64,000 bases of DNA. It comes from Octopus vulgaris. Its lineage: Eukaryota. The translations under genes and the position numbers were made by a program. The notes beneath the pieces were generated by a model. That model was not told the DNA's origin. It did not search any database and saw nothing but the letters and a program-made list of their open reading frames with translations. The stretch covers positions 65,596,001-65,660,000 of the forward strand of contig OX597817.1 in the NCBI GenBank assembly GCA_951406725.2, in the 5' to 3' direction. Of this stretch, positions 55,252 to 64,000 are shown in pieces (the first letter of the stretch is position 1; each line of letters begins with the position of its first letter).

Positions 55252-56568
55252 TATTTATATATACATTAACATGAATGCACACATGGATACGTGTTAAAAT
55301 TTGATCTTAGTTTGGTGATATTTACTCTTCTTAAGTATATTGCATCAATGTTACGAAATTCGGACTTACAATTTGAGACTGGTTTCTGAATCCCATGAGC
55401 AAACTGATTCGGTTACAAGTGTGTATCATAAGGACAATTATATTCGATGTCCTCACTGAAGCAATTCATTGAATCATCATGTTTATATAGTGAATTTTGA
55501 TAAAATATGAATGTAGGTAGATTCTCCGAATAGCTGTTCCAGAGATCATTAAACCTTACTCTATACTCCAAGCTGTCTTTCCATTGTACGTTTCAGAAAT
55601 GTTTGCACATGACCCACCTTGGCACTTAATCCCATACATACTTTGCAGTTGTTATACGGATTTGTGACGAACATTTCGAAAACGTTTTGCATCAGAACTT
55701 GTTAAAAGGCTTGGACTAGGAGATGATTGACATAATCAATCTATCCTATTTCTATTCCTCTAATACTGATATTAGTTTTACAGATTTCTTTAAACGCATT
55801 AACTATTTCACAATTGGGCGTGGCTTCTACAGTTTACGCTATCAAAACTATTGTTATCCTACAACTTGGCTATTTTAATATTTTCGTTAACTATATTATT
55901 CTAAATTTTGTTAAGATATATAGGACATATTATACCCGCAACAGTTTTAGAATAATCTCAAATCTTTTCTTGGGCTCTTTCATGCACTATACCCTATCAT
56001 TCTGTGCGTAACCGGATAACTATTCGGAAGACAAAATAATGAAAACATCTCCCTATTCAAAAGATTGGTACATGTTTGTGACTCATTCCTTAGGATATAT
56101 GCCATTAGAATTCCTATTTTGACAGTTTCCGATGTAGAGTCCTCCTTGATCACAATGTGAGCGGAGTTTACGCCAGTTCACCTATTTCAGAGATAAATGG
56201 ATGAAAATCGTTAGTGTTGTATAATTAACACGTTTGAGTTCATCATCTACCTGACACCTTATATGTAGATTAAGTTTAATGAAATTAATTTCAACATTCT
56301 GGGGGTACAGTGTTACATAAATATTAGAAATAGCTTAAATGTTTGTCTCATTTGTTTATCCTGCTAAACATTAAAAGAGTAACAAGGTCTCGATCAATTC
56401 CAACCTCGACAGTATCGGCTGTCAGCTGGTTAAAAGATTGTAGAATTTAAATGTCCGAAACTTTAGAGACGCATTGCAGTTTTTTTTTTTTTTTTTATTT
56501 GTAGTCGAAATTTCAAGGAAATTATATTTCTCGGCTGGTGGTCTATTTCATTTTTTTTTTTTTTTCAG

Positions 56569-56760
56569 AGTGTAACCGGCAATACATCTTTGGAGACATG
56601 CGATGTGACTGGTGGATAGGAGGCCCTCGGGACGCCTGGATGTACGATAAATCTTCTCGCACCTGTCGACAAATCCCTTTTCACACTTGTCCCTTGTATG
56701 AAAATCGAATTGCAGAGGTCACCTTCATTTCTCTCTCCCGTTGCGAAAAAAAGTGTATCA
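56569..56760 (+). CDS. Exon encoding atypical Kunitz/BPTI-like domain 1
   Basis: Acceptor T15-CAG, donor GTAAGT, 192 nt, phase 1-1. Encodes CNRQYIFGDMRCDWWIGGPRDAWMYDKSSRTCRQIPFHTCPLYENRIAEVTFISLSRCEKKC, with six Cys, W-x-Y-D, C-x7-C and F-x5-C-x3-C Kunitz hallmarks. Confidence 0.85.
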
Positions 56761-58312
56761 GTAAGTGACGTAGATGACTTTTTCTTTTCTTTCCTTTTCC
56801 TGTTTCTTTTTATTTTTTTGCATTCGATTTTACTTCTCGGTATTAACACCAGAGGGATCCACACACAACAATCTCTATGTAAAATCTCAGGTTAATAGTT
56901 AAAGATTCGCTACTTTGCCTGTTTATCATCGTTGTTTTATATTATAAATGCATAAAATTTTTTCGCAGTGTGAGTGACTTAACCAAATTTAGCAGGATAA
57001 AAGTCCTGAGCTACTACCGCTATCTCAATTTCACACTTCTTCAGATATCTCATTTTCTCGTAATTTTTCATTCATTACTTTCAAACATGTCCTGTAATAT
57101 GAATATTCTTCGACACATGATAATATGATTATGCTTCATTTCGCCTGAACACGAAACCCGAGTTGCTGTCTGAAACCGCATATAAAAATTAAAAATAACT
57201 CAGGGTGCTAGAGGCATATATTTGAACACCATAAACAAATACAGGTATATCAAATAGTATACAACATGAAATCTTCATTTATTAAAATTATTTCTGTCTG
57301 TAGAGGATGTGTTACAATTACGAAATGCCGATTGAGACCAGCGCCGTAGGACAATGGAAGATAATATCAAGAGTCAAGAGTTTTTCCAAAGTTGACATGC
57401 CATTGTGGAAAAAGACAAGCTTATTGTCTGGAGATTAGAGAACAGTCACACGTATATGTTTCTGCTTCAATAGTCGCCATCAGCATGGCAATTGTTCTAC
57501 TTTGACTCCAGCAGCCAATGGACTTAGATACACGAAAAGAGTAGAGCACATTTATGGTCGCCTAAATTTGTGTAAATAAACAAAAATAAGCTTGTCCTTA
57601 TCCTTAATGGCATGCTTACTTTGGAGAAATCATGATTCTTGAGATTCTCTCTTCTTCTACATGGTATTGGTCTCAATCATCATTTGGTGATTGGGAGACG
57701 TGTATCCTCTACAGGCGGAGATAATTTTAATTAGCCAACAGTTCTTGTATGGTATTTGGTATACCTGTATTTTGTTTATGTGGTTTAAATATATGCCACT
57801 GGCCACTTTGTGTTATTTCTGTTTATGCAAATTGCTTAGGCCATTAGTATGCTCTACTGTTTTTTGTATATGTCTAAGTCCCTCGGTTGCTGGAGTTAGG
57901 ATGAGTTAACTGTCATGCTGATGACTCCTATAGAGGCAGAAACACGCATCCACGACTGTCCTCTTACCTCGAGACAAATTGCCTGTCCTTTCCCTAAATG
58001 GCATACCAGCTTTGGAGAAATGTTGAATTTATGTTGTATAGTATCTGATATGCCTGTTTTTTTCTCTCTCCTCTCTCTCTCTCTCTCTTTCATCCTATCT
58101 CTCCCTCTCTCTTCCACCCTCTCTCTCTACCCCTCTCTCTTTCACCCTCTCTCTCCCCAAACACTCACTCGCACACTCATACATACATACATACATACAT
58201 ACATACATACATACATACATACATGTACTGTATAAATGTGTGTGTATATATATTGTAATATTGTGTATATATATATATATATATATATATTTGTTTTGTT
58301 ATTTGTTTACAG

Positions 58313-58504
58313 AATGCGATACAAAAGTGATCTACGCTGACATGCGGTGCGACTCATTCGAAGGCAAATTCAGACAGATATGGTTTTATGATAACCGACG
58401 CAACGTATGCCGCACTACAATGTTTTACACCTGTTCTAAATACTTACACAGAGTTGCAGACGTCGCGTTCATTCGTAAAATAGACTGTGAAAATTACTGC
58501 CAAC
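58313..58504 (+). CDS. Exon encoding atypical Kunitz/BPTI-like domain 2
   Basis: Acceptor TTTGTTTACAG, donor GTAAGT, 192 nt, phase 1-1. Encodes CDTKVIYADMRCDSFEGKFRQIWFYDNRRNVCRTTMFYTCSKYLHRVADVAFIRKIDCENYC, with the same Cys spacing as domain 1 and 26/62 identical residues by manual gapless alignment. Confidence 0.85.
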
Positions 58505-58872
58505 GTAAGTGACGTCAGATTCGCCAAACATTCTGTCAACAACAAATTATAATACACACATACACACACACACAGATACTTAAAAATATTCAAATAAATC
58601 ATAATAAAACAAAAACAAAATTTAATAAACTAATGAAATCAAAACGTAACAGACATATTCACATAGAAACGTTTTGAGTCCCCATTTGAAGAACTACTAA
58701 ACAAACAAAAAATGATAAGATAAAATAAAAGAATAAAACATTTTTATATAAAAAAAAAACAAAAACAAAACAAGGAACATTTAGCAAAAGGCATGATGGC
58801 TAACCATTTGTTTATTCAAAATTTCCAAACGGTCATTTCTCCTTCTACCTGTATCCATGCATACATACATAT

Positions 58873-59035
58873 GGGCGCAGCCATGGCTGTGTGGTTACGA
58901 AATTCACTTTGCAACTACGTGGATCCCGGTTCAATACCACTGTACAGCACCTTGCGCAAGTGCTTTCTATCATAGCATCGAATCGACCAAAGCCTTATGA
59001 GTGAAATTTGGATGACGGAAACCGAATGGAAGCTT
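58873..59035 (+). mobile_element. Family B SINE 5' half
   Basis: GGGCGCAGCCATGGCTGTGTGG...CACCTTGCGCAAGTG...CGACCAAAGCCTT. Confidence 0.7.
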
Positions 59036-59969
59036 GTCGGAGACACCATTCTAGTTCTGGAGTGTTAGACTAAATCTGTCCCCCAGTTTAACACAACACC
59101 TTGTTTTGGTTGTTTTTCTTTGTGTGGGGGGATTTAGCGGAGTTCACTCCGTTTCATTCAGGTCACATCTCTGGCTTGTGGATATCTTCCTTTCTTCTTA
59201 CTACCAATCACAATGCACTTCAAAAGGCTCATGAGCTCTGTCTTCCCTCTTTTGAGTATGTCATGTGAAAACAAAAAAGAAAACGAAAAGAAAAAGAGAT
59301 ACAAGCAGACCAATGAGTTTTGCATTTTGATCAATAAAATTCTATTACACACACTTTATTGCGTTATCTGTTAATAGCCACGTCTGGAAGGACGTTTATG
59401 CTCTTAACTAAACTAATAAACCTGCTATGTTTCGATCCATGAACTTACCATTATATTTTTTCTGAATTAGATTTTCTTTTATTGTTATTCATTTATCCTC
59501 TTAATGGTTTTATTCAGTGGACTCCGGCCAAGCCGGGGACACCACTGACTTCATGGGGGTCTAGTCGACTATATTGACATCACTTCATATTTGGTTCTCA
59601 TTTTACTGACATCAATTTATTGAATGACTTGTTTACTGTTGGGCGTAATGGGGCACAACTTGACACAGATGTAGACAAACAGAAATACATATATATACAA
59701 AACACACATATACATATACAGGTATATGTGTTTGAGTGTGTATACATATACATATTTTTTATTTAGACATAAATTTACATACATCCATCCATACATAAAT
59801 ACATATATATATATATATATATATATGCATGTGTGCGCATATATATATGTGTGTGTGTATATATATATGTATATATATATTCAGGTCACATATATATACA
59901 TGTATATATATATGCGTACATATATGCATATGCATATATATATATATATATAAAAACACGCACTCACAA

Positions 59970-60125
59970 TATGCTTCATCACTATTTCCGTCAACCAAAT
60001 TCCACTCACAAGGCATTGGTCAACCCGAAGCTACATTAGGCGACACTTACCCAAGATGGTGCGCATTGGGATCGAACACGAAACCACATAATTGCGAAGT
60101 GAGCTTCTTAACCACATGACCGTGA
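59970..60125 (-). mobile_element. Family B SINE 5' half
   Basis: CCAAATTCCACTCACAAGGCATTGGTCAACCCG is the reverse complement of the family B core. Confidence 0.65.
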
Positions 60126-60803
60126 CTGCAACTATGCATATACATAAATATATATTTATAAGGGTAAGTTGTAGTTCTTGTTGATGTTCTTGTTGTTAAG
60201 TTGTATTTTTGTTGACTTAATGTTGTTGTTGTTGATGCTGCTGTTTTGCCTTGATCAGCTTCTCAGTATTGACTATCCTATCTTTTCCATTTTGCTAATA
60301 TAAATATGTATGAATATATGTATATGTATGTGTGTACATATAAATATATATATATATATTAAGGATTCGAGTGGATCAGGTACTTAAATGACAGGCACCA
60401 GTTTTAGTCGAATTAACTTGTAATCAGCATCTTTATTCGAATAAATATCATGGATACCAAAGCACCATCAGCGAAATATTCAGGTTATGTAAACAGATAA
60501 TTTAATCCTTATGAATATTTTTTTAGTCTGTGGGCTAAAAGAAAAGCGTGCGTTGTATTGGTCGTACGGTATTTGATATACTCCAGAATGTCCGACGAGT
60601 CGAGATTCCAGCGAGGTCTTTTTTGAACAAATAAATAACAACCAATTGATAAGTGTCACTTCATTATAGCTGTTTCCAACGAATTTTCTTAATAGATTAA
60701 TGACTACATTACAGCATAACAAAAAAATAACCCGCTTTGCTGATGCATAAAATTTCAAACAATATAAGAACAACGCATGTGTTGTTCTTATATTGTTTAA
60801 TAG

Positions 60804-60905
<102 letters not shown>

Positions 60906-61069
60906 GGATGGATGGATGGATGGATGGATGGATGGATGGATGGATATATAGACAGATACATAAATACGCTTATATATATATATATATATATTAATACACT
61001 TATAAATCTTTAAATCTTTAAAATGTTTCAGCTTCAAAGCTGCGGTCATGCTGGGGCACCACCATTAAC

Positions 61070-62322
61070 TGTACTACACCATTATTTGAAACCTCTTTTG
61101 ATATATGGCATTTGGTTAATGGCGGAGTTTGATGCTGCTGCCCCTCAACTGTTTTTTCCTGCCGTGAGGTAGGCACGTCTGGAACCCTTGGCAGGAAGAG
61201 ATCCAGTTTTGTTTTAAAGACAAAAGACAGGATTTTCCAGATGCATATCACTACATATCTTTCCCGCCTTCGTTCTAGGGAGAAAAGTTTTAATTTTTTT
61301 CAGTCTTTCCCAGTAGCTGATACGTTGTACTGAGACGATTTTCTTAATGTAGCTTCGTTGCATTGCTTCGTGTTCCGGCGGGAATTTTATATTTTGTGGT
61401 GATCATAGTTGGGAGCAGTAGTCCAAGCAGCTGAGGACGTATGTCCTCCAAGGGACAATCAATGTCTCCTTTTGTCTTGTTTTGAAAGTTTGAAAGCTAA
61501 CCGTCTGCATTTTATTACCAAATTGGTAGTATGTGCTTGGAAAGATGCATCATTGCTCATGTCAATGCTCGGGTGACGCACTCATTTTGATTCAAGGATT
61601 GTAATTCCTCCTGGACCAGTGTATCCTGTCTGCATGTCGTTCAGCTTTGTATGCTGGTAGCACACGGCTTGGAATTTTCCTGCATTAAACTGCATGTTGT
61701 TGTCATTAGCCCACCTGTATATTGCGTCCATCTTCAGTTGCAGATGTACAATATTTCCAGGATTTTGTATTGTCTGAGAGACTTTTGTGTAATCTGCATA
61801 GCTAGCAAGGGCGGGTATCTGATCAGCTAAGGGCATGTCTGAGGGGCCACTATGAATAGCAATGGCCCTAAGACAGTACCCTGTGGAACACCACTTGCTA
61901 TTTGTGTTTCCTTGAAGGTGGCTCCGTTGGCCACCACTGCCTGACGTCTATCTTTTAGAAAGTCATGCAGCCACTCTCCAAGTTTCCGCCTATGCGGAGA
62001 TCACACAGTTTGTGACATACCATTGTCGACTTTATCAAGGGATTTTGCAAAGTCGAAATATATCACATCCTCACTTGAGTCATTTAGCAGTTGTTTTAAC
62101 ACCCAGTCGTAGTGTTGCAAGAGCTGTATTAGACAACTTCTACCTCGTCGAAATCCATGCTTGGTCAGCAAATCATTTTCTTCAAGGAACGCAATTAGTT
62201 TCTTGCGGACTATTCGTTCCATGACTTTGCTGATGTCTGAGATCAGTGAGTCAGGCCTATAATTTTTAGCATCTGCTCTGCTTCCTCCCTTATGGATAAG
62301 GCATATTATCCCTTCTTTCAGT
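61070..62322 (-). mobile_element. CR1-clade LINE reverse-transcriptase fragment (disrupted)
   Basis: Encodes IHKGGSRADAKNYRPDSLIS..SKVMERIV..HGFRRGRSCL..DVIYFDFAKSLDKV, SGVPQGTVLGPLLFI and SYADYTK..WANDNNMQFNAGK. The 5' break lies next to (CA)n. Confidence 0.88.
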
Positions 62323-62330
62323 TTATATAT

Positions 62331-62427
<97 letters not shown>

Positions 62428-62809
62428 TTTGTGTGTGTACGTATATAGGTACAAATGTATGTATAAATGAATAAATGAATGATTAAGATGATCAATAATA
62501 ATTAAACATCTGAAGAGAAAAATAAGCGAAATACTGCATGTACTACTAATGATTTATTACTGATCGGCAAGGTTCCAATATCATCTTTAGAAGTATGTTT
62601 TACGAGCCCAATGGAAATAATGTGATTCTCATTCATAAATTTTAAAGTAGCAAACTACTCAGTGCAAAGTGTACACTTGGATGCCTTTTTGACTCGTTTC
62701 CTTTCCCTTTTTTACGAAGACCATACCAATGAAATCCCTAGATATAGTATTTCTCTCACAGATGTAAAATGAAGGAAATTGGAGCTCAGCGTATATTTCT
62801 CTTCTCTGT

Positions 62810-62990
62810 TATCTTTTACATGTGTCACTTATAGAACTGCGGTCGTATTAGGGAACCGCATTGAAAGATTTAGTCGAACAAATCAACACCAGTACTTATT
62901 TCTTGAAATCTGTTACTTATTCTATCGGTTTCTTTTGCCGAATCGCTAACTTATGCTGATTTAAACCAGCACGCTTTGAAAGACGGTGGG
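62810..62990 (-). mobile_element. Family B SINE 3' half
   Basis: TACTTATTCTATCGGTTTCTTTTGCCGAATCGCTAAC matches the family B tail. Confidence 0.65.
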
Positions 62991-63138
62991 AAACGCACGC
63001 ACACGCGCCTCCGCCCTCACACACATACGCACATTCTTCTATTCTAGAGCATCGCCGGTATATACATACATACTATATGTATATATATATGTATGTATGT
63101 ATGTATGTATAAATAGATAGATAGATAGATAGATAGAC

Positions 63139-63222
<84 letters not shown>

Positions 63223-64000
63223 TGATAGATAGATAGATATACAAAGTATACAATTTTATAAATATAATTATAACATTATAGTAAGGGTAATTACGAGATA
63301 ATGCCACGCGAGGTAATTGCCCTTACTATAATTTTATAATTATATTTGTAGACTTATATACTTTGTATTAATTTTTACCTTAATTGGTTTTTACACGTAA
63401 ACTACTTGATAAAATCGTATATAGGTTTTATCCTTAACTGTAATTGATATATATATTGTTGTGTAATTGATATATATATTGTGTTTTTTTGTTTTTTTAT
63501 GTTTTCTTGTTTGGATTAACTTTATATATATATATATATGTAAATGTAAAAAAATACAAACTGGGACAAGAACGTAAAACATTTAGAAGACGATACAAAA
63601 AACACGGACGGGACATTCGAAGCCTTCAATCTTCAGTCAAGAACCGGATCATCTTCGCAATTTCGGCTGATTAATCTTGATATTGCTCCGATCTGGCCAG
63701 CCCCAAAGGAAAATCTAAGCCAAGCGCATTAGATTCCTTGGAAGAAAGCCTCGAATGTATACAAAACAAGGACGGAAAACCGGACGATGTTACACGAATA
63801 AAAATACAAAAATACGTAAAAACAATAATGATAACATGAATAAGAATACAAAAATACGTAAAAACAATAATGATAATAATAATAACAGCAAAAACAGGAC
63901 GTCACAAACAAGCGTCTTTTCGACAGGACGAGTAAATTTTTGAGCTGGCGTTTATATATATATATATATATATATCAATTACAATTAAGAATGAAATCTA

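Noticed and set aside
62762-62772. Possible terminal exon of the Kunitz-like gene (TTTCTCTCACAG|AT GTA AAA TGA, giving H-V-K-stop)
   Set aside because: It is phase-compatible but too short to distinguish from chance; the real 3' exon may lie outside the window.
63560-63950. Further hammerhead motif in a (TA)n-flanked repeat (CTGAAGA on the minus strand at 63628-63634)
   Set aside because: Consistent stems I-III could not be assembled by eye.

Overview
This is AT-rich eukaryotic DNA saturated with microsatellites and repeats. The SINE/LINE inventory and the (TA)/(CA)/(CATA)/(GATA)/(TAA) density look like an octopus (coleoid cephalopod) genome; that is an inference. Almost all listed ORFs are microsatellite artefacts or decayed retroelement pieces. 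One real spliced gene can be assembled on the + strand. It has a signal-peptide exon (ATG 44824, donor 44897) and two paralogous 192-nt phase-1 exons (56569-56760, 58313-58504). Each of these encodes an atypical Kunitz/BPTI-like 6-Cys domain (C-x10-C-x19-C-x7-C-x17-C-x3-C) with Asp at the P1-equivalent position, and they may be alternative cassettes. The 11.7-kb intron between the signal exon and the first domain exon contains a sense-strand hammerhead-ribozyme motif with an unusually large loop II, several long hairpins and a miniature LTR element. Elsewhere there is a near-perfect 189-bp inverted repeat carrying Penelope-type hammerhead motifs, many R4/Dong-like RLE-LINE fragments embedded in (TAA)n or (CATA)n arrays, a CR1-like RT fragment, a deleted mariner, Helitron-like elements and three tRNA-derived SINE families. 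All calls were made by eye; no database searches or folding programs were run.
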